From Vulcanisaeta distributa DSM 14429 (GTDB lineage: Archaea > Thermoproteota > Thermoprotei > Thermoproteales > Thermocladiaceae), in contig NC_014537.1 of NCBI RefSeq assembly GCF_000148385.1, positions 1,590,001 through 1,622,000 of the forward strand: a stretch of DNA of 32,000 nt, read 5' to 3'. Made by a program: the position numbers and the translations under genes. The notes beneath the pieces were generated by a model. That model saw nothing but the letters and a program-made list of their open reading frames with translations, was not told the origin of the DNA and made no database searches. Positions 18,189 to 26,618 of this stretch are shown here, in pieces; positions within the stretch are counted from its first letter, which is position 1, and every line of letters starts with the position of its first letter.

Positions 18189-19262
18189 CTAAGAACCACC
18201 GTTTCCGCCAAAACCCATTTCTTCAAGTACCTTATCGAGCGCCTTCTCTATTGCTTCATTAAGAGTGCTAACAGATTCACATTGCAACTTACCACCGTCC
18301 TGTGGTGATGATTGAATAGTCTGAGACTTTTGATTATCTGATCTACAGTCTTTAGGTTCTTCAGCATCATTACTAGCTAGGTAATATAGGTAAACCTTGA
18401 TGTCAGTGCCTAATTTATTGACGAAAATCTTGGCTCTCTCGTAGGTATTGACTATATAGTCGTATCCTTCTGCCGGTGACACCATGAATGGTAAGCCGAC
18501 AGATACTGAGGCAACCAGTGATGTAGGCTTAACATATTCAGTCATCAATGCTCGCGTCTTGTTAGCGCCTATGTAACCACCATTAAACATAAGCATCAAT
18601 GCCTTAAACGCAGCTTCTATCCTCTCCTTTCTAGCATTCTTATCCCCTATTACTAAATCGCCTTTGCCGCTACGCCCAATACTGTTAACATTAATTGCTA
18701 CGCTAAGTCTATAAACCGCATGTCCACTCTCCCTCTCACCAACGAATTGCTCCCCTTTCTTAGCTTCAGGCGTGAATCTAGTGAACATCTGATAGTCAAG
18801 GAGTGCTTTCCCTATTGTTAAATCGGGCACTACGTACGAAAACCACACTGCAGAAGTTTTCTTTAAATTGACCTTAGGTGCTAAATAACCGGTTAAATCA
18901 TCAACTAAACAATTCTTTATCCAATCATCTTCACTGCCGTTTTCATCATTTGCATGCTTAATGAAGTTGTACTGCTTGCATACATCATCTATGGGTAAGC
19001 CAGCCTTGACCGCGTAATCCACGAGGGCCCTCTCGTACGCGTTTAGGACTGCTTGCCCAGAGATGGATGGAACCTTAACTAGTTTAAATCTTACATTACC
19101 ATCTTCACTCTTTATTAATACTGGCACATGTATGAACCTATGCTTTGTGATGTTAGACCCGGGTATTATGCCGATCATATTAGCATGTTCAACAGCCGCA
19201 ATGAACCTCATGGACATTGAGAAGAAGATTGGCCTCTCGCTCTGGTTGGTTTGCAAGCTCAT
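18189..19262 (-). CDS. cas7: Cas7 (Csa2) backbone subunit of the type I-A complex
   Basis: The 357-aa ORF has FFSMSMRFIAAVEHANMIGIIPGSNITKHRF...VPSISGQAVLNAYERALV, the Csa2 pattern (N..G...N......VP.ISG.......R). Its start overlaps the csa5 stop by 4 nt. Confidence 0.8.
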   Translation of the reverse strand: MSLQTNQSERPIFFSMSMRFIAAVEHANMIGIIPGSNITKHRFIHVPVLIKSEDGNVRFKLVKVPSISGQAVLNAYERALVDYAVKAGLPIDDVCKQYNFIKHANDENGSEDDWIKNCLVDDLTGYLAPKVNLKKTSAVWFSYVVPDLTIGKALLDYQMFTRFTPEAKKGEQFVGERESGHAVYRLSVAINVNSIGRSGKGDLVIGDKNARKERIEAAFKALMLMFNGGYIGANKTRALMTEYVKPTSLVASVSVGLPFMVSPAEGYDYIVNTYERAKIFVNKLGTDIKVYLYYLASNDAEEPKDCRSDNQKSQTIQSSPQDGGKLQCESVSTLNEAIEKALDKVLEEMGFGGNGGS

Positions 19263-19666
19263 GCGGGTCTCACCTGGTTATTACTCTGGCTTTGTTGAAT
19301 TATTTGATTGGCTTGTTTCTCTTCGCTCGGTTTCTTTAAGTTGAGATATGGTATTAATGATACTAAAATATTCCTTAGTCTAGGCCAACCAAGCTTAGAA
19401 ATCTTTTCAATGATATCCTGATTAATTTTTTCTGTAGACTTTAGAAAGTATAGAAATTCCATGAATTCTTCATAATATGAATCCGCATCGACATCATGAA
19501 GTCTCGTTAGCTCAAAGATGTAATTTCTAAGTGGATAGGCAAAATCTTCGTTCTTAGCTATATCCTTTAACGCGTTTAAAATCTCCTTAATTTCATCTTG
19601 AGATTTATTATGTGGTTGTGATTGTTCTGTTTCTTGCCTTTGTAGTGAATTTTTAGACTCGCTCAT
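19259..19666 (-). CDS. csa5: putative Csa5 (Cas11-type small subunit), first gene of the interference operon
   Basis: The 135-aa ORF is predicted helical and occupies the position csa5 holds in type I-A operons, coupled to cas7. The assignment is positional. The termini are Q/N/S-rich. Confidence 0.5.
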   Translation of the reverse strand: MSESKNSLQRQETEQSQPHNKSQDEIKEILNALKDIAKNEDFAYPLRNYIFELTRLHDVDADSYYEEFMEFLYFLKSTEKINQDIIEKISKLGWPRLRNILVSLIPYLNLKKPSEEKQANQIIQQSQSNNQVRPA

Positions 19667-19669
19667 AGT

Positions 19670-19698
19670 CTAAGTACTGAGCTACTTAGTTTTATATA
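19670..19698. promoter_or_regulatory. divergent csa5/csa3 promoter: perfect 7-bp inverted repeat CTAAGTA-N6-TACTTAG followed by TATA element TTTATATA
   Basis: The palindrome lies at 19670-19689 and the TATA at 19691-19698. The csa5 ATG is at 19666 (minus) and the csa3 ATG at 19725 (plus). TATA-to-ATG spacing of about 25-30 nt on both sides suggests leaderless or short-leader transcripts. Confidence 0.45.
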
Positions 19699-19724
19699 CC
19701 TTTACTTGACATGTTTCTCGGTTT

Positions 19725-20516
19725 ATGGAGAAGTTGAGTGTTAGGAAGTGTGTGGTTGTTAGTGTTGGGTTTTATCCTGGTAATGCGAGGCAGGCGTTGG
19801 TTAGGGCTGGGCCTGTGGGTGGTGATGTTGTTTTCCTGGTTAATAGTGAGCCTAGGACTGTGTCTGAATCCGTGCTTAGGGGTGGTAGGAAGCAGCCCAT
19901 TGAGGCTATGGGGGTCCTCCGCAGGTTTGTTAATGAGTTGGATAGTGGTATTGGGGTTGTTGATGTTTGGCTTGATCCTAGGGCTGGCATTGCTAATAAT
20001 GTGGCTTGGCTTAGGTCGTTGGTTGAGGGTTATGCCCCGTGTAGGGTTATTATTGGTATGGCTGGTGGTTTTAGGTGGCTTAGTGTTGCTTTGATGTTTT
20101 TGGCGTTGGCTTTGTCCTCGGTGGGTCGTTATGTCGGTGTTGCTGTGGATAGCGTCTTTGTTATGCTTGAGGAGGAGAGTCCGTCGGTTAGGGCTTTGTT
20201 TAGGAATGTTGAGGAGAGGGTTATTCCGTGGCCTGTCACGCCTAGGTTGGCCGACCTGTCGCTTGATGAGTATAGGGTCCTCAGGTTAATTGGGCTTGGT
20301 AAGCACAGGGCTAAGGACATACATGGTGAGCTCAATAGGGATTGCAAGAGGCCAGGTGGGTGTGTATCCATGGCCACAGTCCAGAGGATCCTCGTGAAGC
20401 TCGTCAAAAAAGGACTAATTAACTATGAAAAGAGAGGTAAGGCTCATTACTATGAGTTAAAGCCCCTGGGATTAATGCTCGTTGGCAAGGTGGAGATCCA
20501 ACGAGGTGAATCGTAG
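19725..20516 (+). CDS. csa3: Csa3-type CRISPR locus transcriptional regulator (CARF-like N-domain + winged HTH)
   Basis: The 263-aa ORF has an N-terminal Rossmann-like region VVVSVGFYPGNARQAL...VVFLVNSEP. The C-terminal wHTH reads LDEYRVLRLIGLGKHRAKDIHGELN...MATVQRILVKLVKKGLINYEKRGKAHYYELKPLG. It is divergent from the interference operon. Confidence 0.75.
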   Translation: MEKLSVRKCVVVSVGFYPGNARQALVRAGPVGGDVVFLVNSEPRTVSESVLRGGRKQPIEAMGVLRRFVNELDSGIGVVDVWLDPRAGIANNVAWLRSLVEGYAPCRVIIGMAGGFRWLSVALMFLALALSSVGRYVGVAVDSVFVMLEEESPSVRALFRNVEERVIPWPVTPRLADLSLDEYRVLRLIGLGKHRAKDIHGELNRDCKRPGGCVSMATVQRILVKLVKKGLINYEKRGKAHYYELKPLGLMLVGKVEIQRGES

Positions 20517-20575
20517 TTTAAAACATTACGTTAACGCTGTTAAGATATCTATTATTTGGAATTGAATATTTGAGA

Positions 20576-20753
20576 CCGTGGGAAGACCTGCGTTTATGTG
20601 GGATTGAATGTAACCGTCAGAACATTTACTGCCTATGCCATGTGATCGTGGGAGCAGGGATGAGCCATGAATGTTCGTGGGCATTAATGTTCCGATGACA
20701 AACAAATCCATATGAAGAAAAACTTATAAATAAGTTTATAAAGCAATGTCTCA
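20576..20753 (+). promoter_or_regulatory. CRISPR leader 2 (~178 nt), paralog of leader 1, with repeat-proximal TATA-like elements
   Basis: It starts CCGTGGGAAGACCTGCGTTTATGTG and ends GAAGAAAAACTTATAAATAAGTTTATAAAGCAATGTCTCA immediately before the first repeat at 20754. It is colinear with the reverse complement of 12739-12917. Confidence 0.8.
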
Positions 20754-23154
20754 GATATTCTCTAAAGAGAATAGAAGGGTGCTGTTGATGATCCATGTGT
20801 AGCCCTGCCCACTTGATGTGATTGATATTCTCTAAAGAGAATAGAAGGAGTTCCCCGTATAACCTAGCCAGGTCCTGGCGTTTATGACGCGATATTCTCT
20901 AAAGAGAATAGAAGGACTGCTAGTTTCCGCACAATGCCTAACACATACTACTACATCAATGGATATTCTCTAAAGAGAATAGAAGGATAAGTACTTTCCC
21001 AACCCAGGTGGTGTGTACTCTATCCAGATATTCTCTAAAGAGAATAGAAGGTTGAGCCAGGCGATTGGGCTTGGGTACATGAATGGGACATTGGGGGATA
21101 TTCTCTAAAGAGAATAGAAGGCTGGCTTCTGTGTGGTTGCCACGTCCTTTGGTATGCCGATTGGGATATTCTCTAAAGAGAATAGAAGGGTGATTTAGCA
21201 CCATTGTGTCCATTCAGAAAATTCCTAAGTAAGTATGATATTCTCTAAAGAGAATAGAAGGCAGGATAGACAAGGGATTATTCGATGAACTTGACAAGGA
21301 AGCCATAATGATATTCTCTAAAGAGAATAGAAGGGCAGGGAGTATTTACATTGCGGACTTAGATGCTGACTTCAAAGATATTCTCTAAAGAGAATAGAAG
21401 GATCGATTCCCGTGAACACCAGGACGGCGTTAATGGCGAGTATGCGATATTCTCTAAAGAGAATAGAAGGACATAATCTATATAGATCGTCCGAGAAAAC
21501 ATTTTCAAACTCAGATATTCTCTAAAGAGAATAGAAGGTGTTGACTCCCTTGAACCCTGGGATTGGACTCTGACATACTTGTATTAGAGCATTTGGATAT
21601 TCTCTAAAGAGAATAGAAGGGTAGATTATTGCGTCATTACTGCTGAACCCAGTGCCTGGGTTGAAATGATATTCTCTAAAGAGAATAGAAGGTGCTAAGC
21701 TCAGTACCTGTTTCCACAGTGGGTCGTAGACGAATAGGTTCGATATTCTCTAAAGAGAATAGAAGGTCGACGCGACCTTCTCATAATCCGTCTGAGTCCT
21801 CGGTAGCGTCATGGGTGATATTCTCTAAAGAGAATAGAAGGTGCTTGATAACTCCCTTACCTTGATTTCAACATTTTTCCCCGATATTCTCTAAAGAGAA
21901 TAGAAGGGATGAAGATGGGGAACATTGAACTTTGGCAGGTTGTGGATTATGATATTCTCTAAAGAGAATAGAAGGCGAATTAACAATGAACCTAATCCAG
22001 GAAGCCGTCTCCTCTAGGAGAGAGATATTCTCTAAAGAGAATAGAAGGGTGGGTTGTGTCGCCTGGATTGTTGACTCCAATTGACTCACGCTACGATATT
22101 CTCTAAAGAGAATAGAAGGGGGAATTTCCTGCCAGCCACGTCGCCACCAGCCACATAAATGGATATTCTCTAAAGAGAATAGAAGGAAAACAAAAACTGT
22201 TTACAATCAATCTACACCGTCTACACCGTTAAAGGATATTCTCTAAAGAGAATAGAAGGCTTCTTCCCATCCCCACAGTTGAGTTCTAGAAGCTCATTCG
22301 ACATATTCGATATTCTCTAAAGAGAATAGAAGGATTCCATACAGGCTTGGCTTTTGTCCTCCCATTCCTCTTTTTTGATATTCTCTAAAGAGAATAGAAG
22401 GTTGAATAAAGTGACCTAAGCGTCTGTGATAGTGGACCGTAGCTAATGATATTCTCTAAAGAGAATAGAAGGGACATTGGTAAGGCATGCCGATACCTTG
22501 CAGAATTAAAAAATGCGTTGAACGATATTCTCTAAAGAGAATAGAAGGATGAACATGAACCTACTGCGTACGTTTGCTGGTATGAATATCCAGGATATTC
22601 TCTAAAGAGAATAGAAGGATTCTTCAACCACCTCTGGGTAGTGAACCGCAATGCGGACTAACTGCTTATGATATTCTCTAAAGAGAATAGAAGGATCCCA
22701 GTCCTTGAAGCATGCAAACCTATCGGAGACGTCTCAGTGAGATATTCTCTAAAGAGAATAGAAGGCTGAAGTCCCTGGCGAGGAACCTAGCCAAGGAACT
22801 AAGGAGAGATATTCTCTAAAGAGAATAGAAGGGCCAAACCGATGGTGGAACACCCATCGTGAACACGCCGTTCCTGATATTCTCTAAAGAGAATAGAAGG
22901 GTTATGTACCCGGGCACGGTGAACCCGCTTGGCAATACGCCAGATATTCTCTAAAGAGAATAGAAGGAGAAGCTATCCGTACTACTTCATTGCGCAGGTG
23001 CTTAGTTCATGAGGATATTCTCTAAAGAGAATAGAAGGAATTCATGAACCTTCGTGGTGTGATAGTATTCACAAACGTGCCATTCAGATATTTTCTAAAG
23101 AGAATAGAAGGAAGCGTTGGCTAGTATGATATTCTTTAAATGAGGATAGTAAGG
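20754..23154 (+). CRISPR. CRISPR array 2: 34 repeats of 25 nt plus one degenerate terminal repeat, with 33 full spacers of 40-57 nt, transcribed from the plus strand
   Basis: The repeat is GATATTCTCTAAAGAGAATAGAAGG. First repeat is at 20754-20778 and the last intact one at 23087-23111 (variant GATATTTTC...). A 16-nt stub follows, then the degenerate repeat GATATTCTTTAAATGAGGATAGTAAGG at 23128-23154. Repeat decay at the leader-distal end agrees with the inferred orientation. Confidence 0.97.
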
Positions 23155-23219
23155 TTATTTCTCCTACTTTGGGTTTGAGTCTGTGAAGTACGGTTATGAA
23201 GATTTTTAAGGAGGGTGGT

Positions 23220-23795
23220 TTATGGTGGGCATATGTCTTTGAAGTAGCAGGCTTTGCATTTTGCTTTGTTTGTGGTTTTTGGTGGTGGTTCTTGGTTTTG
23301 TATGTGTTTTTTCATGTCTTGGATTGTTCTTTTTATCCATGTTCTTAGGTTTGGTGTGGGTTTTATGGTTATTGTTGTTTGTTTTTCTTGGTTTATGATT
23401 ATTATTTTGTCTACGGTGACTTTCATTGTTTCTTCGACTGCTATTGCGTATGCTGTTGCTTGGGCTAGTATGTGGTTGTATTTTGTGTATAGTTTTTTCT
23501 TGCTTCCTGTGTTTAGTTTTGTTTCTATGATTACCGCCCTATTTCCGTTTATTACCACGGCGTCTGTCCTGCCTACTATGCCGAGGCTTGTTGATTTTAC
23601 TGGGGCTTCGAGTTTTACTTCTCCCTGTATTCCGAGTTCTTTTATTGTTTTGGTTATGGTTTCTGTGTTTTGTGTTTGTTTTGCGTATTTCATGGATTCT
23701 GTTGGTGGTTCTTTCATCATCATTATCTTTAGGTATGCCTGTCTTGGGCAGTAGGTGTATTCCTTTATCATGCTTATTGGTATGTAGTCCATCAT
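23220..23795 (-). CDS. cas4: Cas4 (RecB-like nuclease with Fe-S cysteines)
   Basis: The 191-aa ORF has the N-terminal YTYCPRQAYL and the C-terminal CKACYFKDICPP (the C...CxxCx5C cysteine pattern of Cas4). Its start overlaps the cas2 stop by 4 nt. Confidence 0.85.
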   Translation of the reverse strand: MMDYIPISMIKEYTYCPRQAYLKIMMMKEPPTESMKYAKQTQNTETITKTIKELGIQGEVKLEAPVKSTSLGIVGRTDAVVINGNRAVIIETKLNTGSKKKLYTKYNHILAQATAYAIAVEETMKVTVDKIIIINQEKQTTITIKPTPNLRTWIKRTIQDMKKHIQNQEPPPKTTNKAKCKACYFKDICPP

Positions 23796-24067
23796 ATCAC
23801 CGTTGGTTCGTTTGGTATTGCTAGGTTTGCCGTGCCCAATTTTATTGCATTATTCAGGGTTTGCCCATCAATGATTAGTATTACCACGGAGTCCTCCCTG
23901 TTCATGAGTCTTGTTAGTGCCCTGGCGGTGTCTTTGGCTAGGGCGTTGCCGCCCCTTGCTATGTATAGGCTTCTTTGTACCCTTACGTAGCCCATTGACT
24001 TTAGTTTGTTCATTATCTCGAGTCTCCTCCTATCGTCGCTTATGTCGTATGATACCAGCACATACAT
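23792..24067 (-). CDS. cas2: Cas2
   Basis: The 91-aa ORF has N-terminus MYVLVSYDISDDRRR (Cas2 ferredoxin-fold beta1 with the catalytic Asp). It is adjacent to the cas1 stop. Confidence 0.85.
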   Translation of the reverse strand: MYVLVSYDISDDRRRLEIMNKLKSMGYVRVQRSLYIARGGNALAKDTARALTRLMNREDSVVILIIDGQTLNNAIKLGTANLAIPNEPTVI

Positions 24068-25063
24068 TCAGTACACCCATGTGAAGCACTTATACTCGTT
24101 CACGTTGCCTTCCCTGATTGTTGATGCTAGGTTCCAGGCTTCGTGTTTCATTATTTCGGTTAGTGATGCTTTTCTGCCTGTCCTTGGGTTTATGTAGTCC
24201 CTGTTCATGTTGTTGAGTATTACCCTGGCTATTGCTTTCCTTGAGTCGTAGTCGAGGAATCCATTCACCGTGCTTAGCTTGATGTCGTTTATTTCAGTTA
24301 TTAATGGTTTGTCTACGGCCACGGGTCTGAATACCTCGACTATGTCGAAGACTAGTGATGGTTTTCCGCTCTTTATTGTGTGGAGTATGCCTAGGTATGG
24401 GTCGAGCCCCGCCATTATTAGGTATCTTTCCATTGTTGAGTAGAGTATTCCGTAGCCGTAGTTTAGGGCTAGGTTCATTGGGTCTGTGCCCTCTGGGTTT
24501 CTGCCGTGGAATCCCAATTGGCTTGGTAGTAGTGTTGCCACTGCGTCCCAGTACTTATTGGCTGCCTGGGCTTCCATGCTTTCTATGATTTCTGGGTTTA
24601 GTTTGTTTGTTTCTATGGACATTAGTTGTGTGGCGATTGAGGATACTGCGTAGGCGATATCATACAGTGATTGCTCCCTGCGGCTCTTGGCGAAGTACCT
24701 GATGAGTCTTGCCTGGTTTTCTATCTTGCATGTTATTATCCTGCGTGCCAGTTCAAGCCTTGCTTCATTGTTTAGGAATAATTCGTACTGCCTTATCCTG
24801 GTTATGACGGTTTTGTTTATGATTGGTGGTGTAATTATGGCCACTGGGTCGCCGAGTGGGTTTAGGATTACTAGGTTTGTGCCCTTCATGGCGAGTATTC
24901 TTATTGCCTTTGTGGTTATTGAGGCTCTCGATGTTGCGATTATCACCTCCTCCGTGTTTGGCGGTAGCACCTGCCTGTTGCCGTTTCTGCCCATGATTAT
25001 TACTGAGCCCTTCCTAGCCACTATCCTTGTCCCTGGTTCTGTTATGAATACTTCGTTAGCCAT
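24068..25063 (-). CDS. cas1: Cas1 integrase
   Basis: Motifs ARRIITCKIENQARLI, EAQAANKYW, RNPEGTDPMNLALNYGYGILY and GILHTIKSGKPSLVFDIVEVFRP are present. The likely ATG start is at 25063 (MANEVFITEPG), which overlaps the csa1 stop in ATGGCTAA. The track's longer 352-aa version (to 25126) would overlap csa1 by 71 nt. Confidence 0.9.
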   Translation of the reverse strand: MANEVFITEPGTRIVARKGSVIIMGRNGNRQVLPPNTEEVIIATSRASITTKAIRILAMKGTNLVILNPLGDPVAIITPPIINKTVITRIRQYELFLNNEARLELARRIITCKIENQARLIRYFAKSRREQSLYDIAYAVSSIATQLMSIETNKLNPEIIESMEAQAANKYWDAVATLLPSQLGFHGRNPEGTDPMNLALNYGYGILYSTMERYLIMAGLDPYLGILHTIKSGKPSLVFDIVEVFRPVAVDKPLITEINDIKLSTVNGFLDYDSRKAIARVILNNMNRDYINPRTGRKASLTEIMKHEAWNLASTIREGNVNEYKCFTWVY

Positions 25064-25853
25064 GGCAAACACCGTAGAATGGGCAGGTCCTTGGGCAGGA
25101 GCTCGCTGGCCCTGGGTCATCCCCATGTTCGATTATTCTGGCCACGTTATCTCTCATGTCCAGGAATGCCCTTCTTAATGTGTCGTCTATCTTAACCACT
25201 CTCCAGGTGAGTCTTGGTTTACCATTAATGCTTATGTGGAGTACTACGCCGATGTCTACTGGGTGGCCGATCCAAGCCTCTATGGCCAGTGCGTATGCCG
25301 TAACTGCTATGTCCTTCCTACTGGTTAATTCCTCCGTTGGTTGTGACGAAGTCACCAGCTCCACGGGTATGAAGCCCACGAGTATGTCGGGCTTAACAAT
25401 GTCGGATAAGCCAATGGGTGCTCCCGGTATTGCCGGCTCAACGCTAATGGGTATTCCCTCCTCACGGGCGTTGAGGGACGTGGCCACGGCCTTCGTGTAA
25501 ACCTCGTATAGTTGTGCCCTGTACTTATTGCCTAGGTCGCCATACTCATTAATTATGCTCTCAAACCTATTGTCGAGTTGGGAAAATGGTATTGATTCTT
25601 TGAATGGCGTCAGGAAGACCTCATGCACCATCCTCCCAAGCCTTAGGCTCTCGCTGTCCTCCATTGTGACACCGGCTACACGCCTAAGGTATGCATCGCG
25701 CTTTGTTGGGCATGGCGATGAGACCTCGGACACCGTGGGCCTAACCACATGCCTTGGCGCAACCGCGTCCCTAAACCAACCCCTAATCTCTGCGTAGGAC
25801 CCACCCTCCATGGTCACCTTAATGTAGTCCCAAACCCACCTGGGCAATACCAT
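25056..25853 (-). CDS. csa1: Csa1 (Cas4'-like RecB-family nuclease), first gene of the adaptation operon
   Basis: The 265-aa ORF has SSPCPTKRDAYL near the N-terminus and the C-terminal SSCPRTCPFYGVCHG (Cas4-family cysteine cluster). It sits immediately upstream of cas1, as in type I-A loci. Confidence 0.7.
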   Translation of the reverse strand: MVLPRWVWDYIKVTMEGGSYAEIRGWFRDAVAPRHVVRPTVSEVSSPCPTKRDAYLRRVAGVTMEDSESLRLGRMVHEVFLTPFKESIPFSQLDNRFESIINEYGDLGNKYRAQLYEVYTKAVATSLNAREEGIPISVEPAIPGAPIGLSDIVKPDILVGFIPVELVTSSQPTEELTSRKDIAVTAYALAIEAWIGHPVDIGVVLHISINGKPRLTWRVVKIDDTLRRAFLDMRDNVARIIEHGDDPGPASSCPRTCPFYGVCHG

Positions 25854-25960
25854 ATGTCCACTTGTGCCTACTTACGTGTTTTATTCTTAATTGTGAGATG
25901 CGTATCAATTAATTGAGAAATTAAAAATATGAATTACTAATTACTTTTGAGTAATAGCTA

Positions 25961-26494
25961 ATGATTAAGGTAGATGGCCTTGACTTAGAGGAGGTTATTA
26001 GGCATTGTTTGGGTGAAATCGGTATTTCACCTAGCGACTGTAGATTTGGTGTTTATGATTGCAGGAGCATTGATGTTCATGAGGCTGGTGTTTACGTCTT
26101 CTTTGATGGCTCCACTATTTATTATGTTGGTGAGGCTGGTGATGTTGCCCGTAGGTTGTTAAACGAGCATTGCCCAGCCAATATAGGTGGTTCTGAGGGT
26201 GTTGTTAGGTTCTTGATGCATTTCCTTGATGAGGTTTGTGTCCAGCATGATAAGTGGGTTGGGCTTGATGCCGTGGGTAGGGAGGAATTTGTTAAGAAGA
26301 TCCTGAGGGAGGAGATCGGTAAGTTGAAGATATACGTGGTCACATGCAAAGGACTAAGCGATGAGAAGCAAGGCAATAGGAGAGTCAGGAATAAGTTAAG
26401 GATTAGGCTTGAGGAATGCTTAAGGGAGAGGCTGAATCCAGTATTAAATCCGTACAAGGTTGTGCGAGGTGATGGGATAATGCGTCATTATTGA
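25961..26494 (+). CDS. GIY-YIG nuclease-domain protein
   Basis: The 177-aa ORF has AGVYVFFDGSTIYYVGEAGDVARRLLNEH (GIY...YIG plus the conserved Arg and His). Its distal LEECLRERLNPVLN matches the conserved Glu and Asn of the fold. It is divergent from csa1, with TATA-like TTAAAAATAT about 30 nt upstream. Confidence 0.6.
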   Translation: MIKVDGLDLEEVIRHCLGEIGISPSDCRFGVYDCRSIDVHEAGVYVFFDGSTIYYVGEAGDVARRLLNEHCPANIGGSEGVVRFLMHFLDEVCVQHDKWVGLDAVGREEFVKKILREEIGKLKIYVVTCKGLSDEKQGNRRVRNKLRIRLEECLRERLNPVLNPYKVVRGDGIMRHY

Positions 26495-26618
26495 TGGCTT
26501 GTTAATTAAGAAGTCGTCTATTGTTTTTGTTTGTTACTATGGTTATTGTTATTGAATTATTCGGGGTGTATTCATTTATTATTTAGTTTTGATTTTGAGG
26601 GTCGAATTAATTGTTGCT

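Noticed and set aside
19738-20407. Alternative-frame and antisense ORFs inside csa3 (19738-20094, 19772-19990, 20129-20407)
   Set aside because: The csa3 frame has a recognisable wHTH and CARF-like layout. The alternatives are L/G/W/V-rich or S/T/L/P-rich, low-complexity by-products of the G/T-rich coding strand.
20956-22089. ORF-track entries 20956-21213 and 21868-22089 on the minus strand
   Set aside because: Same artefact inside CRISPR array 2 (LLFSLENI / PSILFREY derive from the repeat).
25064-25126. N-terminal extension of Cas1 in the ORF track (MGMTQGQRAPAQGPAHSTVFA...)
   Set aside because: It would overlap the csa1 3' end by 71 nt. The internal ATG at 25063 gives a canonical Cas1 N-terminus and an ATGGCTAA start/stop overlap typical of coupled genes.
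23254-25797. Multiple plus-strand ORFs antisense to cas4, cas1 and csa1 (for example 23254-23754, 24687-25178, 25156-25500, 25528-25797)
   Set aside because: These are hydrophobic or low-complexity antisense translations of well-supported cas genes, with no independent evidence.
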